A DNA stretch of 64,000 nucleotides from the NCBI GenBank assembly GCA_964016885.1, contig OZ024745.1, forward strand, positions 50,096,001 through 50,160,000, in the 5' to 3' direction. Positions 12,835 to 27,720 of the stretch are shown in pieces (position 1 is the stretch's first letter; the number at the start of each line of letters is the position of its first letter). Both the position numbers and the translations under genes were made by a program. The DNA is from Eledone cirrhosa. Lineage: Eukaryota. The notes beneath the pieces are model-generated. The model was not told where the DNA came from, did not search any database, and worked only from the letters and a program-made list of their open reading frames with translations.

Positions 12835-15800
12835 CTAAGGCGGGTAAAATTCCCGAGATCCATGGACGAGTTCTCTCCAGCGGTCTCTGTCCCTCATTAT
12901 CGCTGCCATATCCTGCATCTCCAACAGACCAGTGTCTGTCCTTAGGGCATCAACATATGTTAACCTTGGTCTTCCTCTTCTAGTGTGTCCATGTAGGGGC
13001 TCCCAAAGGAGCACTGAGTGCAATGTCAACTCTGGATGTCGGTGAGCATGTCCAGCCAACCTCAGTCTCCTCTGTGTCACTTTTGAGCTGACTTTTGGGA
13101 TGCTCTCATACAGCTCTGAGCTTTTCATCCTCAGTGTATACTGATTAATGTTCAGAGCCATCCTCAGCATTCTCGTGTAGCACCCATCCACCATCTGAGT
13201 GAGTCTCTTGGTCAGTGTCCAAGTCTCAGACCCATACAGCAGCACAGACTCCACTACAGCAATGAAGAGGCGGATTTTCAGGTCTCTACGAAGGTCCGAC
13301 TTCCACACCGATCTCAAGCTGTGACACGCCGCCCAGGCCTTGCTCTTCCTCTCAACCACATCATCCTCCGTATTCCCAATCTTTGCTCCCAAATACAGGA
13401 AGTCCTCAACCAATTCCAGCGGCTTCCCGCCTACATTAGTGATCCCCTCTGGCTTCTCAACATTCTCTACGAGATATTTTGTTTTAGTCTCATTCATTCT
13501 CAGCCCCACACTCATCGACACAGTCTCAACCTCCCGCATCAAATCCTCTGCCTCCTTCACTGTATTTGTCACCAAAACTATGTCGTCGGCAAATTCAGCA
13601 TCCGATACCTTTTTCGCCCCAACTCTCCTGCTCTGAGCCGGTGCTACAGTAAAGCCAGTGTCCTGGTGTTTCTCCAGTGCAAGGCGCATACAATAGTCCA
13701 CTACGATGATAAAAAGGTAGGGAGCCAATGTATCTCCCTGGAGCACTCCAGCCAGTATCTCAAAGAACTCTGTCTTCCCATCAGGTGTAATGACTTGGGC
13801 TTTGGTGTTGGTGTAGAGCAGTGATATCAGGTCCACTATCCTCTTGGGGATTCCATAAGCCTGTAAGATCTTCATCAGGCAGTAACGGTCCACAGAATCA
13901 AAGGCCTTCCTAAAGTCAATGAAAACCATGACCGCAGGAAGGCACTTTGCTCTAGCTCCCTCTAATATCCTCCTCAGCATCAGGATGTGACTAGTGGTTG
14001 ATCTACCCTCTCTGAAGCCGTTCTGGTTGTCCCTGAGCTTCTTCTCCATCTCAGGCTGGATCCTGTTAAGAATCATCCTGTTGAGGGTCTTTGCCACAAG
14101 TGACGTCAGTGAGATCCCCCGGTAGTTGTTGGTGTTAGAGAGATCTCCCTTCTTTGGCACTGGGACGATGTTACTGATCCTCCACGGATTCGGGGCAACT
14201 CCTTTCTCCAGTGCCCCGTTACAGAACCCCAGGATGATATCATCAAAATCACACCTCTTCATCACCTCTGATGCCACTCCATCTTCTCCATGAGCCTTGC
14301 CCTCCTTGATCTTCTTCTTGGCTCTCTGAAGCTCCTCTCTGGTGAAGGGCTCTGTCTCAACGTCCAGTTCCTCAAACAGCCGCCTGATCTCCCCAGTGCT
14401 CTGGGCTGTGGAGGGTGGCTTTCCTAGTAGGGTCCTAAAATGGTCTAGCCATTTCCTCTTCCTATCCTCGGGCCCCGTTCCCTGGATCTGACTCGAACAC
14501 CTTTTCTTCCTCCCTGTGATCTCGTTGATGATCATCCAGCTCTCCTTACATCCAGATCTGTCAACCGCTCTCTCCACACTTCTGATCTTCTCTATCAGTG
14601 CCCCCTCTCTGACCTCAGTGTAAGCGGTACAGAGCTCTTCCCTCATCACCTCCACAGTCTCCACCCTCTCCTCCGTAGGATCAGCATAGAATTGGTCCCT
14701 GGCAGCTTTCAGGTGTTCTCTGGCTGCACACACTTTTGGGTTTGCAGAGCTGACGTGCTTCCCTTTGTTCTTTTTCCTCGGCACCAGGGTTTCACTTGCT
14801 TTCGCCACTGCATTGGTGAAGTGCCCGTACCTCCTCGTCACACTCTCCTCAGTCCATCCAATCTCTCTCTCCTCTGACTCTCCACACAGAGCACTAAACC
14901 TGTTTCTCACTTCCACTGTGAACCTCTCCTGTAGCTTATCATCTTCCTTGAAAGCTCCCCAGTCATAGATTGTTCTCCGGGGCTGAGCCTTGCTCTTTCT
15001 TAAGCTCACGCGGACCTCACTCATAACAAGCCGGTGGTCACTACCCAGTGTACTGAAATAGCTGAATGGTTCCGTGTTCAGAACACTATTCCGCCACTTT
15101 TTCCTCACCAGAATGAAATCAATCTGGGACTTGGACAGGTGCATATCTGAGATGTAGGTCCACATCTTCCCCAGATTCTTCCTAAACCTTAGGTTGGTCG
15201 CCATCAAGTTCGCCTCCAGCAGGGTGTCTCTCAGTAGTCTTCCATTTCGGTTGGTGTTGTTATGGAAGTACCAGCAAGGATCTTCACTGCCCTCCTTACT
15301 CAGATGTGCATTGAAGTCCCCCAAAACAAGCAGGATATTGTGTGCCTGAGTGGTGTTGACAGCTCTACACACCTCCTCATGGAACTCCTCGGCATTCACA
15401 TCACTGTCCCCCTCGGTTGGACTATAGGCTGAGATGACTGTCAGTCTTGGGTTTCCATTGAAGGTCACCCTCAACACTTGCGGGGAGATAGGCATTATTT
15501 CCCTCACCAACAGATTGGTTTTTGCACTGAACACAAAACCCACTCCTCCTACTGCAGCATTTGTTGTGTTCTTCACTGCCGATGTAGTGATGAGCTGGCT
15601 CTTCCTCCCGATCATCACACTCCTCACGGGCTCATCGTGTAGAATCCTGTGTTCTTGGATCGCAAGTATCTGTATACCACTCTCCTCGAACAGATGTCCC
15701 AACTCCTCTCTCTTCTCCAGCGTTCGAATAGTCCTCACATTCAAAGTGCCCATTTTGATGGCTCTTCTGCAGGACAAAACTGCATTCTTTATATTTGTCT

Positions 15801-15888
15801 CAGAGACAGCTGATCCATCATCTACGTGTGACGGTGTCCCGAATCTTCCATATCGCAATTTTTCGGTTGTTTGGTTGATTGTAGACAT
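12835..15888 (-). CDS. RTE-clade LINE ORF (APE endonuclease + reverse transcriptase), uninterrupted 1017 aa
   Basis: GTLNVRT, LAIQEHR, SAYSPT, LGDFNA, IDFIL, SDH (APE); [39 protein letters not shown] (RT); LLYGSETW and RRRGRPR-like C-terminus typical of RTE. Confidence 0.95.
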   Translation of the reverse strand: MSTINQTTEKLRYGRFGTPSHVDDGSAVSETNIKNAVLSCRRAIKMGTLNVRTIRTLEKREELGHLFEESGIQILAIQEHRILHDEPVRSVMIGRKSQLITTSAVKNTTNAAVGGVGFVFSAKTNLLVREIMPISPQVLRVTFNGNPRLTVISAYSPTEGDSDVNAEEFHEEVCRAVNTTQAHNILLVLGDFNAHLSKEGSEDPCWYFHNNTNRNGRLLRDTLLEANLMATNLRFRKNLGKMWTYISDMHLSKSQIDFILVRKKWRNSVLNTEPFSYFSTLGSDHRLVMSEVRVSLRKSKAQPRRTIYDWGAFKEDDKLQERFTVEVRNRFSALCGESEEREIGWTEESVTRRYGHFTNAVAKASETLVPRKKNKGKHVSSANPKVCAAREHLKAARDQFYADPTEERVETVEVMREELCTAYTEVREGALIEKIRSVERAVDRSGCKESWMIINEITGRKKRCSSQIQGTGPEDRKRKWLDHFRTLLGKPPSTAQSTGEIRRLFEELDVETEPFTREELQRAKKKIKEGKAHGEDGVASEVMKRCDFDDIILGFCNGALEKGVAPNPWRISNIVPVPKKGDLSNTNNYRGISLTSLVAKTLNRMILNRIQPEMEKKLRDNQNGFREGRSTTSHILMLRRILEGARAKCLPAVMVFIDFRKAFDSVDRYCLMKILQAYGIPKRIVDLISLLYTNTKAQVITPDGKTEFFEILAGVLQGDTLAPYLFIIVVDYCMRLALEKHQDTGFTVAPAQSRRVGAKKVSDAEFADDIVLVTNTVKEAEDLMREVETVSMSVGLRMNETKTKYLVENVEKPEGITNVGGKPLELVEDFLYLGAKIGNTEDDVVERKSKAWAACHSLRSVWKSDLRRDLKIRLFIAVVESVLLYGSETWTLTKRLTQMVDGCYTRMLRMALNINQYTLRMKSSELYESIPKVSSKVTQRRLRLAGHAHRHPELTLHSVLLWEPLHGHTRRGRPRLTYVDALRTDTGLLEMQDMAAIMRDRDRWRELVHGSREFYPP

Positions 15889-16188
15889 ATTCTACGTGTG
15901 ACGGTATTTTAACGATAGTTATAGCTCTGATTTATTTGAATTATGGAGCCCTCTGTTCGAATAGTCCTCACATTCAAAGTGCCCATTTTGATGGCTCTTC
16001 TGCAGGACAAAACTGCATTCTTTATATTTGTCTCAGAGACAGCTGATCCATCATCCACTGGATATATATATATAAATATATATATATATAGAGATATGTA
16101 TATATATATATATGTATAAATATGTATATATATATATATATATAAATATGTATATATATATATATATATATAAATATGTATATATATA

Positions 16189-17116
<928 letters not shown>

Positions 17117-17169
17117 TGTATATATATATATATATATATAAATATGTATATATATATATATATATATAA

Positions 17170-17200
<31 letters not shown>

Positions 17201-17376
17201 AATATGTATTTTTTTCTCCCTTACCTCCCCTTATATTTTACCTCCTCTTAGCCCCCCCCCCCATATATTCTTTTTGTTTTGCCCTTCACATACCTATGCG
17301 TATGTGTATGTATTTTTGTGTGTATATATATATGTATATATATATATATGTATATGTGTATGTATATATATGTATG

Positions 17377-17409
<33 letters not shown>

Positions 17410-17491
17410 ATGTGTATGTGTGTATATATATGTATATTTGTGTGTGTATATGTATGTATATGTGGATAAACCAGGTTTTTTTCATTTTTTT

Positions 17492-17545
17492 CATTCTGAA
17501 GACTGAAGGAAACATTTTTTGCTTTTAAGAAACCTCTGGTGAATG
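17492..17545 (+). ncRNA. Degenerate hammerhead motif (G at cleavage position)
   Basis: CATT-CTGAAGA-...-GAAA-CCTCTGG-TG-AATG; relative at ~12358 reads GAAACCACTGGTAAATG. Confidence 0.45.
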
Positions 17546-17690
17546 GAATAATTGCCTTATGTTGCTTTATTACTTTACTACTATATATACGTTTATGTAA
17601 GGTTCATTTGTCTTTTCTAATACTGAGTTTTACACATACACACATGTATATGTGTGTGTGTATGTGTATGCATATGTGTATATGTACGTA

Positions 17691-17749
<59 letters not shown>

Positions 17750-17800
17750 GTATATGTGTGTGTGTATTTATTATTTTTTTATGTATATGTGTGTGTGTGG

Positions 17801-17852
<52 letters not shown>

Positions 17853-17986
17853 TTGTATTTGGTTGTGCGTGTTTTTGATATATACGTATTTGCATGTGTA
17901 TAATTGTTTAGCTATGTATGTATATGTGTGTTTACGCATATGCATGTGTGTGTGTGTGTTTATATTTTTATATTTTTGTATATATG

Positions 17987-18097
<111 letters not shown>

Positions 18098-18346
18098 ATA
18101 TAATTACATATACATATGTGTGTGTGTGTTTAATATGTATACGTGTGCGTGTTTGTGTATGTATGTGTATGTATGTGTTTTTGTATTTGTTTATGTATAT
18201 TTATGTATGAGAGTGTGTGTATGTGTTTACTATTTCGTACGTATGTATACGTGCTTTTGTGTGTATTACTTACCACGCGTGTCTGTCCTGTTAGCTGGGT
18301 CATGTATCGGTGTCAAAAATTTTTAAAAATATATATATATATATAT

Positions 18347-18999
18347 ACGATATTAAATAAATGGAAACTATATTTATAAAACCATATTTATTTCATTATA
18401 TATATTTCAGGGATATCATATTAAAAATATGTTATGCCTTCTTCAGACAAAATACAATATAAACAGTCTTATAAATAGATAGATTCGACATACATTTCAA
18501 CTTCGACTTCTATTTGAAAAGTTGATTTGGTAGTGAAAAAATATTAGGGACAGTTATAAAAAGAAAGAAAGAAAAACGAAGAAAAAGAAGAAATGCATGC
18601 AACTAAATAGAGGGAGATAGATATAGAGAGATAGATAGAGAGAAGAAATTCATGTAAAGAAACAGAGAGAGATATATAGAGAGAGGAAAAAAACACAGAG
18701 GGAGATAGATAGAGAGAGAGAGAAGAGAGGAGAGAGAGAGAGAGAGAGAGAGAAAATATAGAGAGATAGATATAGATAGAGATAGAGAGAAAGAAAATAG
18801 GTATTTTTTCACTACCAAATCAACTTTTCAAATAGAAGTCGAAGTTGAAAGGTATGTAGAATCTATCTATTTATAAGACTGTTTATATTGTATTTTGTCT
18901 GAAGAAGGCATAACATATTTTTAATATGATATCCCTGAAATATATATAATGAAATAAATATGGTTTTATAAATATAGTTTCCATTTATTTAATATCGTA

Positions 19000-19031
<32 letters not shown>

Positions 19032-19427
19032 TGTATATATATATATAAATATGTATATATATATATACGATATTAAATAAATGGAAACTATATTTATAAA
19101 ACCATATTTATTTCATTATATATATTTCAGGGATATCATATTAAAAATATGGTATGCCTTCATCAGACAAAATACAATATAAACAGTCTTATAAATAGAT
19201 AGATTTGACATACCTTACATCTTCAACTTCCATTTAAAAAGTTGATTTGGTAGTGAAAAATGTTAGGGACAGTTATAAAAAGAAAGAAAGAAAGAAAGCG
19301 AAGAAAAGGAAGAAATGCATGCAACGAAAAACAGAGAGAGATAGATATATAGAGATAGATAGAGAGAAGAAATTCATGTAAAGAAAAAACAGAGAGAGAT
19401 AGATAGAGAGAGAAAAAAAACAGAGGG

Positions 19428-19484
<57 letters not shown>

Positions 19485-19530
19485 AGAGAGAGAAAAAATA
19501 GAGAGAGATAGATATAGATAGAGATAGACC
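18347..19530. repeat. Three copies of the hammerhead-bearing terminal repeat in -/+/- orientation
   Basis: 18347-18543 is an inverted repeat of 18803-18998; direct copy from 19067; motifs at 18396-18450, 18895-18949, 19116-19170. Confidence 0.8.
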
Positions 19531-19644
19531 TTAATACTGGAACTAAATAAATAAATAAATAAATAAATATATCATTGATACGTCATTCAACTGGTGCCCA
19601 ACTACCTATTTTCTTTCTCTCTATCTCTATCTATATCTATCTCT

Positions 19645-19770
19645 GTCGAAACGGCTTGAGCTCTGCCGTCGAGGTCATACTTTTTCCTATTACCCACTCT
19701 ACTACCCTAAGTGTTGAGTACTCTGGTGCGTTATGGTCCATCTGGTTCCTTACCACAATTCCTTCGTTAT
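19645..19770 (+). mobile_element. 5'-truncated Penelope-type 3' terminal repeat ending in (TA)n
   Basis: Same family as 28740-28900 and 52575-52765; retains only GAAA-CGGC..GCCG-TC half of the hammerhead. Confidence 0.65.
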
Positions 19771-19953
19771 ATATATATATTTTTGAAATGCGCATATATA
19801 CATTTTTGAAATGCGCATAATAAAATACATGGAACTCATTTAACCATCTTTTAATCTTATATATTATGTATACTCCAGTCCTACAAACTGTAGAGTGCTT
19901 CTTATCCGATATCTGCATTGCTTTATTGTACTACAATAAAACTCACCTCCTAC

Positions 19954-20014
<61 letters not shown>

Positions 20015-20119
20015 ATAATAATAAATTTGAAGACTAAAATCCAAAGAGGACTCGATAAGGATAAATATATATCAAATATATAAGAACTGTAGAGCGGGGA
20101 TTTTATATACAGTCGTGTA

Positions 20120-21935
20120 AAAAAATATAAAACAAACAATTATAACAATCGAAATCCCCGATAGGGGGGAAGCGCCACAAATGGGTTGTTTAATACCCCT
20201 TCGATAGAACAACCCTCAACTTCAGGAGCGTGTTGAGCAAGTGCTCCTTTCTTCCTTTTGCTCTCTTCTTTAACCTACAGGCTTATAAACAGAGAAGGCC
20301 CAATCACTCGGGCCATTTTTGCTACATTCACTCACCTTTCAGTAAATTTACTGGGTGCAGTGCCTCTCTCTCTCCACTCTGATTCTTCTTCTAAAGTGAT
20401 ACTTAAAGAAGGGAATCAATTGTTGTCCGGAGAGAAATGCATCTGTCCTCAGTCCTTTCAAACTCGTCCACCATATAACCTCTTTCACCATAGCCACTAT
20501 ACAGAGGAAAACCGCCTCTCTTTCGTTTTTGAAAGAGGCTGGCGGTTTGATCCTTACTATGGACTCGGCAGTCAACTGGATTTGCCCCATACACAACAGC
20601 AGTTGTTCTGCATAGTTCCACAGGTCGGTTAAGCCCGGGAAGTGTACAATTGCGTGCAGGACGGTTTCAATGTCCTGCGCGCATCTTGGATACGTCCTCT
20701 TGGAAGGATCCCTGCCGGCGCGTCCGTGCCTGTAGATCTTGTCACGAACTGGTAGAGCTCCTCGGTAGCACTGCCAGGCCACGTACCTCTGGAAGTTGTC
20801 CATAGGTCCCGGGCGGAAAGTCCTACCTAACAGACTGGTGAGCTCATCGTCTTCGACACCCAGAGTCTCTCCGAGCACGTCGTCGCCCTTGTAACATACA
20901 ATCTCTCTATAGAATGTCGAAGTAGAGTCTCCACTGAGTGCTGTGCCCGCTTGCCAGAGGACTCTGAGTGCTTGAGCGCATTCAATGTGCCAAGCGCCCA
21001 TCGTTTTCGGTCTTTTCTTGACCCAGGACTGCAGCTCCGTCAGCGAGTCGAGCTGCGGGAAAGCCTTTCTCACAAACGGTGCCCACACCGGTTGGGGGTC
21101 GGTGAGGAATGCCTGGAGATGCCGCAGCCTCAGCGCATGTTTGCGTATCATCAGCCACGGCATTCCCAGCCCTCCGTTGGAAGGGTGCTGACAACAGACT
21201 GCTCCCCTCACCAGCGGAGCCTGTTTCTTCCACAGAAACTGGAAGAGCATGCTTTTCATCTTGGCGAGGTGTTCACGGGGACAAGGCATGACAGTCAAGC
21301 AGTAGTAGATGACGGACGCTATGAAAGTGTTCGCCACCTCCGCTCGACCTTTCAAGGACAGTTTGCACTTTGCCCACTTCTGGGTGAGCGCAAACACCTT
21401 GGTCGTGACCTCATTCCAGAATTTCTCCACCTGGAGGTCTGGACCGAACCAGACCCCGATCAATTTCATCGGTCCGTCCGTCCAGCGTCCGTCCAACGAC
21501 GCTGTCGGACGTCATCGGTTTGCCTCTCCACGTACCGAGTTGCAAACCGAGAGACTTGTCCGGGTTTAGTTTTGCTCCCGTCAGCGTTTTGTATTCTGTC
21601 AGTAAGTTGCCGATCACCCCGATTTCCGAGGTGCTCGACACCATTACGGTTACGTCGTCGGCATAAGCCGACGCCGCTTTGCGCAGTCCCGGTTCTAGAG
21701 GGATGCCCTACAACAGCGCCAATTTCCGCAGTAGTGGATCTAGAGTCAATACATACAGAATGGAGGAGAAAGGGCATCCCTGTCGAATGGAACGCGTGAT
21801 TGCGAACGGCTCCGATAGGTAGCCGTTCATCTTGACCCTCGAGCAGATGCTGGTGTGCATCGCCTCGATCCAGCTTCTGAACACGGGACCGAAACTGGCT
21901 GCCTTGAGAACCGCTTCCAAGTATCGATAGTCGAC
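20120..21935 (-). mobile_element. 5'-truncated, frameshifted Tx1/L1-clade LINE
   Basis: RSIRQGCPFS, SAYADDVTV, KLSLKGRAEVANT, GGLGMP, ETVLHA; 3' UTR. Confidence 0.9.
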
Positions 21936-22393
21936 AGTGTAGATACACAGTGTTCTATACATGAAATGGTGCGCTCAGTTGTATGTGTCTCCAGAGATGT
22001 TGTTACGTTGCGACCATAGATCAATCCACGTATGGAATCTTTACGCAAGGCCACATAATGGGCGTTCATGGTATTACAGTACATAGTATGCTCAGACCGT
22101 TAAAATAACTCAACAAGATATGACTTAGAGTTTTTCGGTCTCTCTCCTTTCTCTGTCTCCTCTCTCTCTCTCTCTATCTTTCTCTCTCTGTTGTTCTGCT
22201 CTTTCTCTCTCTTTCCTTCTCTATCTTTCTCTTTCTCCGTAACCCAACGGCTTATTTTTAAAATATCCAATACTAACTTACCTAATAATATAATTAAAGC
22301 TACAACTCCACTATCCGGGAGCTTCCAACAGTAATGGTTGCATTCTTTAAGGGTATGTCAATATTTATTTATAAAACTGATCTATATTATATT

Positions 22394-22447
22394 TTATCTG
22401 ATGAAAGCACACCATAATTTAACTTGGTGTCCTTGAAATATGTATAA
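22394..22447 (+). ncRNA. Hammerhead-like motif in terminal repeat ending at (TA)n (~22494)
   Basis: CTGATGA-AAGCACACCA..TGGTGTCCTT-GAAA; downstream sequence matches the 18895-18998 family while stem II sequence differs. Confidence 0.55.
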
Positions 22448-22493
22448 TGAAATAAATATGGTTTTATAAATATAGTTTCCATTTGTTAATATC

Positions 22494-22561
<68 letters not shown>

Positions 22562-22569
22562 AGAATATT

Positions 22570-22610
<41 letters not shown>

Positions 22611-23337
22611 ACACGCTGAATTTCTGAAGTGTTTTCTATATTTTTACAGTTCCATGAACAGACGTTACTTGCAGCTTTGTAACCAGCCGGGCTCTTCTCA
22701 AGATTCGTTCAGAGGCAGTTACTAACATCTCCGTGAGCCACAATGTCCACTCTAAAGACATGTTCAAGGTTAAGTATCTGCAGATTCCTCATTAGATCAG
22801 CAAAAATGATCACATTTTCTCTACATTTTCTATATGCTGGGCAGCTGACTTTCACAATTCTGCTTGCCATCTTTTGTCTGTCGCACATAACTTTGTCTGG
22901 TTTGTTGTTTAAACTTTAGTAGTTTTTCCTCGCTTTACAATACAATCGTGTAGGAATGTTTATCCTTGACAAACTCCATCTGTCTTTCGAGGATGTCGTA
23001 ACCAGCTGAAGGTTTTTCGTTATATCATTTGTATACTAGGCATAGAGTTTCAGGCCATCTACAATAAAGTTGTCTGGCCTCCTGTGAACCAATTATGTAT
23101 TCTTCATATTTCTTCAGCATAAAGACCAAGGGATTTTTACTGACACTATAATTAGCATCACAAAGAGCGTTATGCAGCAAGGAGGCGTTAGGAGGCGTTT
23201 GAAACAAAGAAGCTTGTCAACGAATTCCCGAGGGAGATAAAAGAAAATCAAAAAAAAATCAAAGAGAGTGAAAATAAGGACTACTTCAACAGAAATGACA
23301 ACAAAAAGAAGCAATGGTGGTGAACATACACACACAT

Positions 23338-23370
<33 letters not shown>

Positions 23371-23559
23371 TATATATATATACACACACAGACCGGCGTT
23401 AGTGTTTGATGAGGTTGAGAACCCGGTCAGCTTTCAGCCAGAGGTGAGGTATTTAATCTCCCTAGGTAATAAAATCTGGCGACAAAATTTTTGTTTTGGA
23501 TTGAAACGTTTTTTGTATTTAATTCGTACGGGTATTTTTTAAAGATCTTTTTAAAGATT

Positions 23560-24743
23560 CTAACATAACTTGATTTGGCCCATTACGTGCACTGCGGCAT
23601 TAATATTTCTCAACTTATTATAGCTAAGTCCGTACAACAAGCTTCACTTATCAAAACTGTTCTAGATTACGTGAATGAATTGCAGAACTATATAGTACAT
23701 CAGGGAAATTTAAGCACGCGTATTTATGACAAAATGAAGTATCGTCACCACGCTCCTTAAAACCTGTGTGCCCTACTCGATGGCTAAAACGACTTTCTGC
23801 AGTCAAAGCCCTTCTTGACAATTATTCAGATGTCCCTATTTCTTTACAAGAGGTAACAAATGAGTTTGGCACCAACATTGCATCCAGAGCTAATGTTATT
23901 CTTACGTGTCACTCTCCGGGCCAATGTGTTCTTGCATTGCACGTTGTAGTTCCATTACTTCAATTCCTTGAAGGATTGAACGAATCTTTTCAAAGTACCA
24001 CCTTCAATCTAGGTAGCATGTTGCATAGTGTCAAACTGGTGCAGGAGGAGCTAAAAAATCTACGCAGTGAAGAACAATTTCAGGAGCTGTTCAATACAGT
24101 AGAAAAAATGATTTATCAACTCGATATTTCTCCTTTGGAGCTACCCAGGCAACGAAAAGTTCCTAAAAGATACCAGGAAGGAAATGCGTTAAAATATAAA
24201 CACTGCACTGCTTTGGATCATTACAGAGTGCAGTATTTGCAGGTAGTGGATACTGCAATATCAAATTTGAAAGATTATTTTTTTTTTCACAGGATTTAGC
24301 AGATTATGAAAAACTGAGCAATATTTTACTCAATGGAAATTTTTGTGCTGAAGTGATCATGCAGTATCCAGAGCTTGATGGCTTTTCTTTAAGGAACGAA
24401 ATACTTTTTTTATAGAAATCATCATAGTGGATCATCTCTCGAGGATCATCGTAAAATATTCGATGAAATGCAACCAGAAGTCCGTCGCATGTTTCTAAAT
24501 GTTGAGCGATTGCTCAGGTTACTTTTAATGTTTCCAACTAGTTCTTGTGAAGCTGAAAGATCTTTTAGCGCTCTGCAGAGACTCAAAACTTGGTTGCGAT
24601 CGACCATGACTCAGCAAAGGTTGAATCATATTATAATATGCCACCTTCATAGAGATGTTTTGAAAAAGATTAGTTGTGAAGAAGCTGCTAAATTATTTAT
24701 TGACAGCAATGATGCGAGATATGATACATTTGGAAAGTTCTAA
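23560..24743 (+). mobile_element. hAT transposase pseudogene (ZMYM1/Tip100-like)
   Basis: HYVHC, CPTRW, SSCEAERSFSALQRLKTWLRSTMTQQRLN (hAT dimerisation domain); stops and frameshifts. Confidence 0.85.
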
Positions 24744-25619
24744 AAGACAAATTCACTTTATATGATTTTTATTCAAACGTCTATGTTTTAGTTTTTGTTT
24801 ATTTGATATAATAAATACTTTTTAAGCTTTTTTTTAGTATCTGAACTTCATTTGAATATATAAAATTTAATTAGTGTAAAATTTTACTTATGTGATAGGG
24901 TTCAGAAAAGACACCATAAGTAGTACTAAAATGCTCCAACAAATGTTGGTTTGTCCCCCTCACATTTTAAGGCAAACGAGGCTCCTGGAAAAGAGCAACA
25001 TTATTCATGAATTGAATTCACTGACCCGTTCATCACCGTGTTCGGCTTGACCTCGATACTTCAGCTCATTCTTACTAACATTCGGTTTGCTTGACCCCAT
25101 CTTCTCTTCATTGCATTTCCACATCATTTATTCTATAACTAGGTTGTTGCTATTGCTATGTAAACTGACTGTTTATACTACGATCAAGTCTTGTTATAGC
25201 CTTGGGCTTAAGGAATTGCTTTTGTAGCCTTCAACAGTCATCCATTATAATTGCAGCACCATTACAAGAATATCACAGTGATGCATTAAGGTAAGGGCGA
25301 TAATCTGAGTAACTCTGACTGATAAGTAATGTCTTAACTTAGTATTATCGCGTCTTATCACTACGCGCTTAATTGATGAATTCCATTTCAAAATAGCACA
25401 TTACTAGTCATTCTTGCATTAAGTTCTATTGAGCTCGTTGCCTCATTGATCCTTTATTGAGTCTGCCACCTTAATTCCCTCAAGCTAAGTTATTACTATT
25501 CCTACATGAAAGACTGGTTAATCTTCATATATAACTTGTCTCGACTTGGTTAATTAATGACAGTATCTGTGTTTTTCATTGCAATTGTGTTTATTACAAA
25601 GCGTTATTCCAGAACATTA

Positions 25620-26934
25620 CTTGAAACTTTATCATACTGGCAAGACTGTGAAGCAATGTGAGGCAAGACTGAGCCTACCTCGCCGACAACTTCGACAAAT
25701 GCATTAGCCTCATTATGGCTTTGCAGGAGGAGAAGATCACCTTGTTTAAAGCAAGGAATGCTGTGAAAATATTCCTGGCCAAATTGAAAGTCATTGAAAG
25801 GAATCTTTGTTGACGGGAATTCTATAATTTTCCTAGTGTCGCCAATGTTCAAAACATTGTGAGCGATGACCAACTCCAAATTTATACCGCGCACCTCCGT
25901 GCACTACAAGACAATATGAGAGAACGGTTTGTCGACCTTTTGCCGATGGACATCCCAATGTGGATAGCAGATCCCTTCATAGTTAACGTCAACGATTTGG
26001 ACGTTAAATTTCAGGAAGAATTAATTGAACTTCAGACAGATGACATTATCAAAATTAAATTTTCCAAAATAAGTGAACCCCTTTTTTGGATGCAAGAGGA
26101 AATTCAGCGTCGATTTCCACACCTACATGCAGAGGCTAAGAGATTTACTTTGCCTTTTCCTAGCTCATACTTAGTCGAGAGGGGGTTTGGCGCTGTTTCC
26201 AGACTGCATAGTAAGGCTCGCAACCGCTACAATGTGATTACACGTGGAGATCTCCGGCTAGAGCTCACGAAAATCCAGCCTGACGTCAAAGAGTTAGCTA
26301 AACTCCATGAAGCTCAAGGGTCCCATTGAAACGAGGTCAAAGTCGATTTTTTATTTGTAGTTGCAGTCTGACTGGACTGGAAACCATCTACCACAATTCA
26401 CTTACTCATTTGTTGTATACATTTTACCGTTTACTAATGAATATACCTTCTTACGTGGTCATGAAAACCCTCTTCCGTGGTCTCTAAGCTCACAAAGCGG
26501 AGGGGACATCAAGTTAGATATCAACATTTATTCTGTCCGTTTCATTAAAGGGAAAATTGGAAAGCTTTGAAACAATACAATTGTCACTTTCTTCCAGATA
26601 AGAGCACTCATTGGATAGACAGAGTTGCTCTTGTATAAATGTTCAAAATAGCTAGTATCGTCTGGTGGGAATATAACAAATTCAACTGGTCCTTATTCAT
26701 AAAAAAGAACATTTATGTTCCTTTTTTTTAAATTTATATACTTCCTTTCAAGGAATGTATTTATACTTTCAACTGCCTGCAATGGTATCTTTGGAATATC
26801 GTTAATCAATTTTTTAGTAATCTACTGATATCAAAATCAGTAGTATATTGAAAAATGGAAAAATAGGGTAGGGGCGTTTCGTGATTTCGAGGCGCAAAAG
26901 GGGGCGTTTGGCCGAAATGGATTGAGAACCTTTG
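25620..26934 (+). mobile_element. hAT Charlie/Buster 3' fragment
   Basis: QEELIELQ...FW...FPSSYLVERGFGAV...RGDLRL.L...PD...L...HEAQGSH; TIR-like TTGAGAACCTTTG followed by TCCTAGAG. Confidence 0.8.
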
Positions 26935-26937
26935 TCC

Positions 26938-27720
26938 TAGAGGAATAGTTTCAGACAGGCTGTATACATTTTATACATTATACTTTGTTTTGGAGTATCA
27001 ATCTTGTCTCTCTTAATGTCATCTAGCTTGGTGTATGTGTATCTCCCTTGAGTGCTTGCTGGTAGAGGTTGATAAGGTACATCCGATAGAAAATCAGTTA
27101 CTTGTACCAGTAGCCAAAAATCAAAGTCTTTTCCTGGTGCTTTCTTATCCTGAAATTTTCCTATCACGGCCTCGAAGGTATCATCATTGATGCTGTATAT
27201 TTCTTTGTGTAATCCAGAGGCAATATGTTTTTCAGATCTCTTTCAACCGTCCTTTATCCTGGTTGTACTTCTTTTCCTCGCCCCTTATTTTTCTCCAGAA
27301 AGAATTTATGTCTTTCTGAGACGGGGCTTCAGTGACATTTATTGATTTGCCCCTCGTATCTCTATAGATTGATATTTGCTTTCGGCTGAATCTTTTATTA
27401 ATCATTTTCTTTTCAGCCACTCTTTTCTGATATCGGAGTTTCTCGCCGACAGTTCTCAATACTTGTTTATATTGAAGAATTTTGCTTGTACTGTCTCCAA
27501 ATATAATTTCTATTTTACTTTTCACTCTTTGTTGGTGAGGAGTGTAGTTTTTTGTTTTTGTTTACAAGTAATAAACATTGTCACACGGTCGATAATTTTT
27601 AAATATACGATGGTATTTTTTGTGTTGTTTTTCTTTTGTTAACATCTCTAGTATAACCAAGATAATACATTGCTGTCATTGTTAGGGTATATGGACAAAC
27701 GGTAATTTGCCGCAATGTAA
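26938..27720 (-). pseudogene. Degenerate R4/Dong-like non-LTR fragment upstream of the RT domain
   Basis: INKRF...IYR......PSQKDINSFWRKI and KAPGKD..FW resemble the pre-RT region of R4-clade elements. Confidence 0.55.

Noticed and set aside
13321-15901. Plus-strand ORFs overlapping the RTE (likewise within Tx1, Tigger and RLE elements)
   Set aside because: Antisense shadows of transposon coding sequence
22650-22768. AG...GT-bounded candidate exon on the plus strand
   Set aside because: Stops in all three frames
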